Assembly (NCBI RefSeq): GCF_030028105.1
Contig: NC_092383.1
Span: 66,167,426 to 66,231,425 of the forward strand
Length of the DNA: 64,000 bases
Origin: Mobula birostris
Taxonomy: Eukaryota
Direction: 5' to 3'
In this document: piece by piece, positions 21,378-35,000 of the stretch
Numbering within the stretch: position 1 is the stretch's first letter
How the letters are laid out: each line of letters begins with the position of its first letter
Made by a program: the position numbers and the translations under genes
Notes under the pieces: generated by a model
What the model was told of the DNA's origin: nothing
What the model saw: only the letters and a program-made list of their open reading frames with translations
Databases searched by the model: none

Positions 21378-24300
21378 TACCTGTCCAAAATTCTCTTAAA
21401 CATTGAAATTGAGCGCCATTTATGGTGGCAGCTCGTTCCACACTCTCAAGACTTTGAGTGAAGAAGTTTCCCCTCATACTTCACCCATGACCACTAGTTG
21501 TAGTCCCACACAACCTCAATGGAAAAAGCCTGCTTGAATTTATCCTTTCTATACCCCTCATAATATTGTACAGTTCTGTCAAATCTCAATCTTCTACATT
21601 CCAAAGGAATAATGTCTTAACCTATTTAATCTTTCCTTATTACTCAGGTCCTCCAGTCCCAGCAACATCCTTTTAAATTTTCTCTGTACTCTTTCAGCCT
21701 TATTTACATTTATCTTGTAGGTTGATGACCAAAACTGTGCATAACACTCCAAAGTAGGCTTCACCAACATCTTGTATAACTTCAACATAACATCCCATCT
21801 CCTGTACTCAGTGTTGAAATTTAAGGCCAATGTGCCAAAAGCTTTCTTTACAATCAATCCTATCTACTTGTGCTGCTTCTTTAAATAAATTGTGGACCTA
21901 TATTCCCAGATCCCCTTGTTCTACAGCACTCTTCAGGAGTCAACTGTTCACTACGCAAGACCTACTCTGGTTGGTCGTACTGAAGTGCAAACCTTGCACG
22001 TATTTGCATTAAATTCCATCTGCCATTTTTCCAGCTGGTCCAGATCCTGCTGTAAGCTGTCTTCCTCACTGACAACTACACCCCCAATCTTGGTGTCATC
22101 TGCAAGTTTGTTGATCGAGTTAATTACATCATCCAGATCATTGATATATATGACAAACAACGTGACCCACCAGTGACCCCTGCAGCACACCACCAGTCAC
22201 TGGCCTCCATTCATAGAGGCTACCATCTACTACCACTCTCTGGCTTCTCCCATGAAAGTCAATGTCAATCCAATTTACTACCTCACCTTGAGTGACGAGC
22301 GACAGAACCTTCTTGACCAACCTCCCATGCGGAACCTTATCATATACCCTGCCTTCATCAACTTCCCTGGTAACTTCATTGAAAAACTCTTAAGATTGGT
22401 TAGACATGATCTACCATGCATGAAACCGTGGTGACTATCCCTAATCAGTCCCTGTTGATAAATATTCATTTTTCCTGTCCCTTGGAATACCTTCCAATAA
22501 CCTCACTGGCCTATAATTTCCTGATTTATTTTTAGAGCCTTTCTAAATAGTAGAGCAACATTATATAATCTCTAATCCTCTGGTATCTGTCCTTTTAGTA
22601 ACGATGATTTAAATATCTCTGCTAGGGCCCTTGCAACTTCTGCACTTACCTCCCATAGGGTTCAAGGGAACACGTTGCCAGTTCAATGCTACTTTGCTTC
22701 ACTTCTATAGACTCTATGTCTATCTCAGTCACAGAGCCAGACTCAACGCTAGAGACCTGACCACTGTGACTTCCCTCTGCTAGGTCATCCCCCGCAATAG
22801 TATCCAAAGTGGTATAGCTGTTGCTGAGGGCGATGGCCACAGGGATACTCTGAACTGGCTGTTTAATCTCTTTCCCTTTCTTATCAGCCAGTTTCCTGTG
22901 TCCTTTTTATACGTCCTAGCTATCACCCCTTCAGTCTCCTCAATGATCCGGAGTTCATCCAGTTCCAGCTCCAACATCTTAACAGGGAGTGTTAGAAGCT
23001 GCAGGCGTCAGGTATACTGGAAGTCTACCAGCCTTTCCACATCCCACAAGAGGAGCATTCCTGCCTAGCATCCCTACTGTTCTAACTGAACAAATATTTA
23101 AAAAAGGAAAAAACAAATAAATAGAGGGAAAAAATCTACCTACAGCTTTGCTTTCTCTGAGTGAAGCCTCGAAGTGCAAAAGCTTCAAAATCCCACTCTT
23201 CCACTGTCCACTTCAACATCGGCTGCTCTGATTGCCCCTGCCTTATTATAATTTGTTCTTGCCAATCAATCCCGATCACTGATTGGCCACTGTTCAAATG
23301 AATCTGATTGCCGTGAGTCAATGCCTTGTGTACTCAATCGACAAATCTAAATGAGCTATGTTGGCTCACATTTCGGATCTCTAATTTGCCACTGCTTTTC
23401 TCTCATTGTTCTCATTCAAAATATGAGTTAGTGATATTAACTTGCTGCCATTACTCTCTAAAATGAATGGTGTGATTGTTCCTTAGAGGAGCCAGCCCAC
23501 TGAACCTGCTGAACTACCATAAATTAAAGCTCCACTGCTGGAGGAATGCAGCTTCAGAATAGCTGTGAGAATTGCTGGTAAAGACAAGGTCATAACATTT
23601 TTTCACACCAAAATTTGATAGTGATTGTACAGAAAAACTGTCCACTCTTACATCAAAATGAAAACTAATTGCTGTCCCAATTTAAAGGTTTTGGGTGTTT
23701 TTTTGGGGGAGGGGGGTGAATAGTAAAAATACAAATTGTATTGATAGCATTGTTGCGATAATCCAGCACTTTGTTCTGGTCAGTTTCATTTAGAAGGCTG
23801 AGTGAGAGAAAATATCACTGCCAAATCATTATACAAACTTGAGCAACTTTACTACCTGATCACACTGGTGGGGTAATGTCTTTGTAGCAATTGCATCACT
23901 GTAGCAAATCATCTTCTGATCTAACAGATGGGATACGATACATAAGCAGTAGAAAAACCAAATCAACTTTTTCTTTAAAGTTGAAGGTTAAGATCGTAAG
24001 AATAGCTGAAGTGTTATTTTCAGTGACAGTAGAATCATTTTGGTAGAACAGGGCCCATGGCTTCCTATTAGACCAGTAGGAAAGATGGTATTGTAATCTT
24101 AAATAGAAAAGATAAGTAAAATTCATTATGGGGTTACAAATAAGATGTGAACTTCTGGGGTGAATGGTGTGGGGGGAGGGGGGAAGGAATAAAAGATAAG
24201 TAATACAATTTTACACATTCCTACATTAGCCCATGGCTAAGTTAGGCACTTTTGCCTGCATACAAGTATTCCTGATAAATTAGTTAAGCAAATTTTACCT

Positions 24301-24404
24301 TTGCCAATAGTGAGCACAGTATTAAAATTCTACAAGCATACTGGATATGCATTTAAAGCTAGTTAAGTAAATATATCAAAGCTTGCCTTGTTTGTGGTAA
24401 CAAC

Positions 24405-24410
24405 TTTATT
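24405..24410 (-). terminator. Candidate RNPEP polyadenylation signal
   Basis: AATAAA on the minus strand in unique sequence ~1.5 kb past the stop; other candidates exist (25432-25437, inside the Rex1 tail). Confidence 0.3.
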
Positions 24411-24629
24411 CATTGTACAGATTCCAGTTTGCATACATATTGAGTGTCCTTTGATTATGCACTGGCCTAATTTTCCTTTCAAAAATATTGATTTTGCTAC
24501 CAAATACAAATATTTCCATAGAAATGATTTAGAAGAGAAAGTCAGTAGTAGGAATACACCAAGATGATGATGACTATTGAAAGAGGCATGAAACATTAAA
24601 AGTACCTGAGCAAAGGATCCACAAGAGCA

Positions 24630-25640
24630 CAATCCAATTGGATTCTCAATTTCCTCACTTGCAGACCCCAGTCAGTTCAGATTGGCATCATCTCCACAAT
24701 CTCCATCAGCACTGGTGCACCACAAGACTGTGTGCTTTGTCTTCTGCTCTACTCACTTTACATATGACTCTGTGGTTAAGCACAGTTCCAATGCCATAAT
24801 TCACGTTTGCTGATGACGCCACTGTCATAGGCTGAATCAAAGATGGTGACAAATCAGCATACAGGAGGGAGATTGAAAATCTGGTTTAGCAAGACCAAGG
24901 AGCTGATTATTGATTTCAGGAGATGGAAAGCAGAGATCCATCAGCCAGTCCTCATCGGAGCATTAGAGATGGAGAGGGTCCGCAACTTTAAATTCCTCAG
25001 TGCTGTTACTTTGGATGATCTGTTCTGGCCCAACACACGTGCAATTATGAAGAAAATACAGTAGCTCCTCTTCTTAGACTTCTACAGATGTTTGGTGGAG
25101 AGTATATGGTCTGGCTGCATCACAGCCTTTGAATAGAAAATCCTACTGAAAGTAGTGGATCGGGCCCAGTCCATCATATGTAAAGCCCTCCACATCCCTA
25201 AGCACACCTACACAAAATGCTGTTGCAGGAAAACAGCACCATCACTGGGGACCCCAGCCAGGTTATACTCTCTTCTCACTGCTGCTAACTGGAAGGTATA
25301 GGAGCCTCAGGACCTACACCACTCAGCCATCAGGTTCTTGAACCAGATGGAACAACTTGCTCATCCCCAACATTGAGGTGTTCCCACAACCTACTGATTC
25401 ACTTTTAAGGACTCCTTATCTGTTCTCGCTATTTATTGGTTATTTATGTATTATTTCTTTATGTGTATTTGCATAGTTTGTTGTCTTTTGCACACTGGTT
25501 GAATGCCCAAGTTGGTGCAGTCTTTCATTGATTCCGTTATAGTGATTATTCTACAGATTTATTGAGTATACTGCAAGACAATGAATCTCAGGGTTGTGTA
25601 TGGTGACATATATACACTTTAATAATAAATCTACTTGAAC
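24630..25640 (+). mobile_element. Rex1/Babar-type LINE 3' fragment
   Basis: Homologous to 9200-10255 (FADD, KTKELIIDFRR, NFKFL); tail aataaatctacttgaac. Confidence 0.85.
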
Positions 25641-25923
25641 TATGGTTATGTGAAACACTTCCAAATATTTTTGCAGCTCATGTGTGCTATAAGATATGCA
25701 TACAATTGAATTTGACAGATCTAACCCAGATCTGTTCTTGGCAAACACACAGGAAAGAACACATTAGTACAACAAAGAATATCATGGCAATTTTGGAAGC
25801 ATGAATTGATTTACCCAATTTAAATCTGAAAACAATCAAGTTTATAGAGATACAAATATTATGAAGTATAATATTCAAAGATTTCCTGTAAGCTATTGAT
25901 TTAAATTTCATCATTAGTGAATC

Positions 25924-26073
25924 TTAATTAGAAATGATTTTTTTCACATAATTCTGTACATTTTTGTGAAGTTGATTTCCTGTAGCTGCAAAAATCTCCT
26001 GTGCTAACTTGCGTGTCCTTTCAGATCCAGACCACATGGCTCGATAAACGGGAACTGTGTACTTCTGTTTACC
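25924..26073 (-). CDS. RNPEP: RNPEP exon 11 (stop)
   Basis: cag|[49 protein letters not shown]. Confidence 0.94.
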   Translation of the reverse strand, partial: GKQKYTVPVYRAMWSGSERTRKLAQEIFAATGNQLHKNVQNYVKKIISN

Positions 26074-29000
26074 CTGTGACAAGAGGAAAAGGGTCAAAAC
26101 ATTTAACATAGAACATAGAATAGTACAGCACAGTACAGGCCCTTTGGCCCACATTGTTGTGCCGACCCTTAAACCCTGACTCCCATATAACCCCCCTCCC
26201 CACCTTAAATTCCTCTATATACCTGTCTAGTAGTCCCTTAAATTTCACTAGTGTATCTGCCTCCACCACCGACTCAGGCAGGATATTCCATGCACCACTC
26301 TGAGTAAAAATCCTTCCTCTAATATCCCCCTTGAACTTCCCACCCCTTACCTTAAAGCCCTGTCCCCTTGTATTGAGCAGTGGTGCCCTGAGGAAGAGGC
26401 ACTGAATAGGACTCTTACCTATTCCTCTTAATATCTTGTATACCTCTATCATGTCTCCTCTCACCTCCTCCTCTCCAAAGAGTAAAGCCCTAGCTCCCTT
26501 AATCTCTGATCATAATCCATACTCCCTAAACCAGGCAGCATCCTGGTAAATCTCCTCTGTACCCTTTCCAATGCTTCCACATCCTTCCTATAGTGAGGCA
26601 ACCAGAACTGGACACAGTACTCCACGTGTGGCCTAACCAGAGTTTTATAGAGCTGCATCATTACATCGTGACTCTTAAACTTTATCCCTCGACTTATGAA
26701 AGCTAACACCCCATAAGCTTTCTTAACTACCCTATCCACCTCTGAGGCAACTTTCAGGGATCTGTGGACATGTGCCCCCAGATCCTTCTGCTCCTCCACA
26801 CTACCAAGTATCCTGCCATTTACTTTGAACTCTGCCTTGGAGTTTGGCCTTCCAAAGTGTACCACCTCACAATTCTCCGGGTTGAACTCCACCTGCCACT
26901 TCTCAGCCCACTTCTGCAACCCATCAATGTCTCTCTGAATCTTCGACAATCATCTACATTATCCACAACACCACCAACCTTTGTGTCGTCTGCAAACTTG
27001 CCAACTACCCCCTCATCCAGGTCGTTAATTAAAATCACGAAAAGTAGAGGTCCCAGAACTGATGCTTGTGGGACACCACTAGTCACAACCCTCCAGTCTG
27101 AATGTACTCCCTCCACCACGACCCTCTGCCTTCTGCAGGCAAGCCAATTCTGAATCCACCTGGCCAAACTTCCCTGGATCCCATGCCTTCTGACTTTCTG
27201 AATAAGCCTACCGTGTGGAACCTTGTCAAATGCCTTACTAAAATCCATATAGAGCACATCCACTGCACTACCCTTATCTATATGCCTGGTCACCTCCTCA
27301 AAGAACTCTATCAAGCTCGTTAGACACAATCTGCCCTTCACAAAGCTATGCCGACTGTCCCTGATCAGACTATGATTCGCTAAATGCCCATAGATCCTAT
27401 CTCTAAAAATCTTTTCCAACAGCTTTCCCACCGCAGATGCAAGGCTCACTGGTTTATAATTACCCGGACTATCCCTACTACCTTTTTTGAACAAAGGGAC
27501 AACATTTGCCTCCCTCCAATCCTCCGGTACCATTCCTGTAGACAACGAGGACATAAAGATCCTAGCCAGAGGCTCAGCAATCTCTTCCCTCACCTTGTGG
27601 AGCAGCCTGGGGAATATTCCGTCAGGCCCCGGGGATTTATCAGTCCTAATGTATTTTAACAACTCCAACACTTCCTCTCCCTTAATATCAACATGCTCCA
27701 GAACATCAACCTCACTCTTATTGTCCTCACCATCATCAAGTTTCCTCTTATTGGTGAATACCGAAGAGAAGTATCCATTGAGGATCTCGCTCACTTCCAC
27801 AGCCTCTAGGCACATCTTCCCATCTTTATCTCTAATTGGTCCTACCTTCACTCCTGTCATCCTTTTTTTCTTCACATAATTGAAGAATGCCTTGGGGTTT
27901 TCCTTTACCCTACTTGCCAAGGCCCCCTTCTTGCTCTGCTCAGCCCCATTTTTAAAATTTTTTAAAATTCAATTTTCAAATTTAATTACATAGAATAATA
28001 TATCTACCATCCCCCCTCCCCTTGACCCTTCCGCCCATAACATACCCCTACCTAAAAAAAAGAAAAAAAAACAGGAAAAAAAAAGGAAAGAAAGACTGCC
28101 TGGATATTGGAAGGTCTCCACATGCTCCATGGGATTCAAAATAAATTTAATATATGTATTTGTTTCTTTCCCCAGAGGACCAACGTCTATATCATTGGAG
28201 CACCTATATATACAATCCTACCTTTTGTAAATAAGGGCACCAGATACTCAAAAATGTATCATATTTATTCCTTAAATTAGAAGTATTTTTTTCAAGTGGA
28301 ATACAGCTAAAGATTTCATTATTCCAACTATCCGTACTTAAATACGAATTCGATTTCTAAATAACTGCAATAGTCTTTTTGGCTACTGCCAATGCAATTT
28401 TTATAAATTCTTTCTGATATTTATTCAATTTAAGTTTCCGTTTTATCCCTTCAATGTCACCTAATAAAAATAATATTACGTTATGTGGAAGTTGTGTTCC
28501 AATAATTTGTTCCAACAAAACTCTTAAATTTATCCAAAAAGGTTGAATTTTGAAACAAGACCAAGTAGAATATAAGAGTACCAATGTCTTGATTACACCA
28601 AAAATATTGATCAGATAAGTTTGGGTTTAATCTATTTATTTTTTGTGGTGTTATATATAATTGGTGTAAAAAATTATATTGTACTAATCTGAGTCGAACA
28701 TTTATTGTATTTGTCATACCGTCAAGACATAGTCTTGACCAACTTGTTTCATCAATATTGAAATCCGTTTCCCATTTTTGTCTTGACTTATGGATTCCTT
28801 GTTTAAATGTCTGTTTTTGAATCAGATTATACATAAAAGTAGTAAATTTTTAAAATTTTTCTTTTGAATTAAAATTTCAATTTCGTTAGGTTTCAGCAAT
28901 AACATTGTTTGACCCAGTTTATCGCTTAAGTAAATCGTTAATTGAAAATAACAAAAAGTGTTATTTGATATTTTGTATTTATTCTTTAATTGTTCAAATG

Positions 29001-32000
29001 ACATCAATATACCACCTTCATAACAGTCTCCTACACATCAAATCCCTTTTTGATACCAATTATATAAAAGTTGATTATCCATTGTAAAGGGAATAAGTCT
29101 ATGTTGAATCAGAGGTCTCCTTGCTAATAAAGATTTCCTTATTTCATCAACATTTATCTTATTCCATAAATCATATGTTTTAATATAGGAGATTCTTTCT
29201 TTTCCCGTATCCATTTAGATTCCCATTTATATATAAAATCTTCCGATGTATTTTCTCCTATTTTACCTAATACTATTCTAATCCATGCCGGTTTTTCTTC
29301 ATCAAAAAAAAAATGCAATAAATCTAAGTTGATTTGCTTTATAGTAATTCTTAAAATTTGGAAGTTCTTATTTAACTCTTGAAAAAACTTCTGCGACAAT
29401 TGTATTGGTAGTGTTTGAAATAGATACAGTAATCTAGGAAATATATTCATTTTTACAGCATTAAATCTACCCACTAATGTTATTGGTAACATCATCCATT
29501 TATCAAGATCTTCTTGAATTTTTTTCAATAGTGATAAATAATTTATATAAATTATTCATATCATTATCAACTCTTATACCTAAATACTTTATACCATTTA
29601 TCGGCCATCTAAATTGAGTTGCTAATCGACATTGACTATAGTCTCCTTTAGTAAGGGGTAAAATTTCACTTTTATCCCAGTTTATTTTATACCCTGATAC
29701 TTTCCCATACTCTTCCAATCTAGAAGATAATTTACACAATGAATGCAATGGGTTTGTTAAATAGATCAAAACATCATCAGCAAATAAATCAATCTTATAT
29801 TCCTCCCGATTAACTCTAAAACGCTTAATATCTGAATCAATTCTAATTAATTCAGCTAATGGTTCTATCGCCAATACAAATAAAGCAGGTGATAATGGAC
29901 AACCTTGTCTAGTTGACCTTTTTAACTGGAATGGTGTTGAAATTTGGCCATTTGTCACTATTTTAGCATTGGGATTAGTATTTAAGGTTTTAATCCAGTT
30001 TATAAAAAAGTACTCCTAACCCATATTTTTCCAATACTTTAAATAAAACATCTCATTCCAATCTATCAAATGCTTTTTCTGCATCCAAAGCTATTGCCAC
30101 ACTCATTTCCTCCCTCTTTTGTGCCAAATGAATTATACTAAGTAACCGAGTTACATTATCTGCCAATTGTCTATTTTTAGTAAATCCTGTTTGATCCATG
30201 TATTAATTTTGGTAAATATTTAGATAATCTACTAGATAAAATTTTTGCTATTATTTTATAATCCGTATTCAACAAAGAAATAGGCCTATATGATGCTGGA
30301 TTTAAAGGATCTCTATCCTTCTTTGGCAATACTATTAAAATCGCTGTCAAAAAAAATTCTGGAAGTTTATGTGTTCTTTCTGCTTGACATATTAACTCCG
30401 TAAAAGGAGAAATTAATAAATCTTTAAACTTTTTGTAAAATTCAGGCGGAAAACCATCCTCTCCTGGAGATTTATTACTCTGAAGTGATCCTAAAGCTTC
30501 TTCAACCTATTTTAATGTAAAAGGCATATCTAATCCCTTCTGTTCTTCCAAATTCAATTTTGGGAGAGTTGTTTGTGATAAAAATCTTTCTATCTCATGA
30601 ACATCATTTTGTGATTCCAATTGATATAATTCAGAGTAAAAACTTTTAAAAGGTTTCATTAATTTGTAAAGGTTTATTTTATTTGCACTTGTTGTAATTA
30701 CATTTATCTTTTTGGAAGCCTGTTCTGTTTTCAACTGCCAGGCAAGAATCTTGTGTGGTCTCTCACCTAACTCATAATACCTCTGCTTAGTTCTCATAAT
30801 TGCTTTTTCTGTTCGGTATGTCTGAAGCTATTATATTGTAGCTTATTATTGACGAGTTGTCTTCGTTTTTCTTCTATCATATGTCTTTGAGATTCTTTTT
30901 CTAATTTTGTAATCTCTTTTTCCAGTTGGTCTAGTTCTACCATATATTCCTTCTTAATTTTAGAAGTATAACTTATTATCTGACCCCACAAATATGCTTT
31001 CATTGTGTCCCATAATACAAATTTATCATCAACTGAATAAGAGTTCGTATCCAAAAAAAATTGAATGTTTTTTTCATAAAATCACAGAAGTCTTGACATT
31101 TTAATACTGAATTAAATCTCCAGCTGTAAGTCGATTCCTCCTTATCCGTCATCATCATTGTCATTATTAGAGGAGAATGATCTGACAATATTCTCCTTTT
31201 ATATTCCATATTTTTTACTCTATCCTGAATATTCGTTGATAGTAAAAAAATCTATCCTTGAGTAAGTTTTATATCTGTTTGAATAGAGCAAATAATCTCT
31301 TTCTCTTGGGTTAATTCTTCTCCATACATCAATCAAATTTAAATCTTTCACCAATGACAGTTAATTTTACTACTTTCAATTTTGTAACAGCCTTGGTTGA
31401 TCTATCTAAAACTGGGTTTAGACAAAAGTTAAAAGTCTCCACCTATTAATATTTTATCATGTGCATCAGCCAAATTCAAAAAGTCTTCTTGTATAAATTT
31501 AGCATCATTTTCATTTGGTGCATAAATATTCATGAGTCCATAATTCCAAAAAAAGTTGGCAATGTATAATCAATTATGTCCCTGCAGAATCAGTTATTAC
31601 ATTTTGTATTCTAATTGGTAATGTTTTATTGACCAAAATTGCAACTCCCCTCGTTTTTGAATTAAATGAAGCTGTAATTACACGTCCCACCCAATCTCTC
31701 TTTAATTTCTGATGTTCTATCTCTGTTAAGTGTGTTTCCTGCAAGAAGGCTATATCTACCTTCACCTTCTTAATATGTGTTAAAATTCTTTTTCTTTTCA
31801 CTGGTCCATTAAGCCCATTAACATTAAAACTCAAAAAATTCAATAAGTTAGTCATTATTCTTAACAAAATTACTCCAATCTATAACATTACTAAACATTT
31901 CCACTCTCATAGTTCCTTCGGGAATCTCTTTAAAATTCACCATGTTGCTATGTGTCTTCTCCCCACCACCCTCAATCATCCAGGCAAAGAGAAAGAAGTA

Positions 32001-35000
32001 AAAGAAAGATAAATTATAAAAAAAATAACAAAGTACCCCCCTACTAATGTTGAGAGTAAAAGAAAACCCCACAACATTACCCCCTCCATTTTGCAGGCCA
32101 TGGCTGCCGCCATGATTACACACATGAATCCCGTAGCAATCGATCAGTAGTTCTTCCTGCTCCCCGTAACAAAACATAATATATAAAACTTTAATATCAC
32201 TACTCCCAACTAATATTCCTCAAACTTTTACATTTCTTCCCCGCTATCATATAATTAATATATTTGTATATTCTTCCACCCTTAAAGATCCACCAAGTCT
32301 ATTCCCTATCCCAGTCTTCATCTTTAATCCATCTCGCCCCACTGGATTTCTTCCTGTGTCTAGCGAATATTCAAAGATTCTTGTACAAACTCCTCCGCGT
32401 TCTGATAATCAGGTAAAAAAATTTTCTTTTTCCATCAGCCAAAAAAATCTTCAACATTGCAGGATGGCGCAGTATAAATTGATAACCATTTCCCCATAGG
32501 ACTTTTTTCACTGGGTTGAATTCCTTCCTTTTCTTCAAAAGTTCATAACTTATGTCAGGGTAGAAAAGAACTGTTTCCTTCTATCATCAGTGGCCACTTC
32601 TTTTTTTGGCATCTTGGGCAGCCGCTGGCAGAATCCTTCCTTTATCTTGATATCTTAAACATTTTATTAAAATTGATCGCAGATTTTGGTCGTGGTGTGG
32701 TTTTGGTCTTAAAGCTCTATGTGCCCTTTCAATTGACCGATTTCCCTCTTCCATTTGCAAAATTTCCGGGATCCATCTTTGAAAAAATTTTATTGGATCC
32801 TCCCCCTCTATACCTTCTTTAAGACCAACAATCTTAATATTATATCGCCTACTAAAATTTTCCAGCACATCCACTTTTTCCAACAGCCATTTTCTTTCTG
32901 TTGTCCAGGCAAGGATATTATCTTCTATCTTGTCCACTCTATCTTTGGCATCCTCCATTATTTCTTCCAACTTTTTAAACTTTCTTATCCGTTTTTTCCT
33001 GTTTTTTCATAACATTATCAAACATAGTCTTCATGTTTTTAGCGTCTGTTTTTATTACTTTTAATTCAGCCATTATTTGCACTAAGGCCTCTCTTATGTC
33101 TCCACGATGTTTTTTTACTTTTAATCTCTTCTTGTTCTTCTTCCTCCTTTTCTTCATCTATATTCACCGGGGTATCGGATTCTAACTCCAGATCACTCTC
33201 ACTTTCAGTGGCAATCGGATCTTGTAGTTCAGTTTGTACCAATTTGCGCATGCCCGCTTCTTTACGCATGTGCAATTCCTGCTTCTTCTTCCTAGAGACT
33301 GCTGCTGTTGTCGCTGCCTCCTGTTCTTCAACGCCGGAGACAAGGTGTGTCTCCTCGAAAGGAGATCCAACCTGAGCACGAGGTTCCATCGTAGTAGTAG
33401 GCCCTTTTTTCTTCCCATCTCGGAGTGCTGTCAAAATGGTAGTCTTCTTCTGTTTACAAGGCATATCTTAAAATAATCTTGAGTATTTATAAGTAGCCTT
33501 CAAAAAATATTTATTAACTTTTCTTTATTTAAATGATACTTTTGATTTTTTTTTTTTTTTTTACGGGAGAGTTGGATTTCCACGTCTTGATCCTACGTCA
33601 TCATGTGACGTCCCCCAGCCCCTTCTTAAGCTCCTTTCTTGCTACCCTATATTCCTCAATAGACCCATCTGATCCTTGCTTCCTAAACCTCATGTATGCT
33701 GCCTTCTTTCACCTGACTAGATTTTTCACCTCACTTGTCACCCATGGTTCCTTCACCCTACCATTCTTTATCTTCCTCACTGGGACAAATTCATCCCTAA
33801 CATCCTGCAAGAGATCTCTAAACATCGACCACATGTCCATAGTACATATCCCTGCAAAAACATTATCTCAATTCACACCCGCAAGTTCTAGCCTTATAGC
33901 CTCATAGTTTTCCCTTCCCTAATTAAAAATTTTCCTGTCCTCTCTGATTCTATCCTTTTCCATGATAATACTGAAGGCCAGGGAGCGGTGGTCACTGTCC
34001 CCCAGATGCTCACTCCATGAGAGATCTGTGACCTGACCCAGTTTGTTACCTAATACTAGATCTAGTATGGCATTCCCCCAAGTTGGCCTGTCAACATACT
34101 GTGACAGGAATATGTCCTGGACACACTTAACAAACTCTGCCATGTCCAAACCCTTGGAACTAATCAGGTGCCAATCAAGATTTGGGAAGTTAAAGTCACC
34201 CATGATAACAACCCTGTTATTCTTGCACCCTTCCAAAATCTGCCTCCCAATCTGTTCCTCAGTATCTCTGCTGCTACCAGGGGGCCTATAGAATACTCAC
34301 AATAGAGTAACTGCTCCCTTCCTGTTCCTGACTTCCACCTATACTGACTCAAAAGAGGATCCTGCTACATTACCCACCCTTTCTGTAGCTGTAATAGTAT
34401 CCCTGACCAGTAATGCCACCCCTCCTCCCCTTTTACCCCCCTCTCTATCCCTTTTAAAGCACTGAAATCCAGGAATATTGAGAATCCATTCCTGCCCTGG
34501 TGCCAGCCAAGTCTCTGTAATGGCCACTACATCATAATTCCATGTATGTATCCAAGCTCTCAGTTCATCACCTTTGTTCCTGATGCTTCTTGCATTGAAG
34601 TACATGCATTTTAGCCCTTCTGCCTTCCTACCTTTACACCCTTACTTGTCTTTCCTCAAAGCCTCTCTATATGTTAGATCTGGCTTTACTCAATGCACCT
34701 CACTGCTCTATCGCTCTGGATCCCATCCCCCTTGCAAATTAGTTTAAACCCACCTAAAGTATGCTAGCAAACCTACCTGCAAGGATATTGCTCCCCGTCG
34801 AGTTCAGGTGCAACCCATCCAATCTGTACAGGTCCCACCTTCCCCAGAAGAGATCCCAATGATCCAAAAATCTAAAACCCTGCTCCCTGCACCAACTCCT
34901 CAGCCACGCATTCAACTGCCATTTCCTCCAATTCTTACCATCACTGTCATGTAGCACTGGCAGCGATCCTGAGAACGCCACCCTTGAGGTCCTGTTCTTC

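Larger units (their letters stand above)
19895..23330 (-). mobile_element. Old CR1 LINE (ORF1 and RT remnants, internally deleted), interrupted by a MITE
   Basis: MLELELDELRII (ORF1), HGFMHGRSCLTNL, KLADDTKIGG, LYKMLVKPTLECYAQFWS; the 3' end continues on both sides of 20018-21377. Confidence 0.85.
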
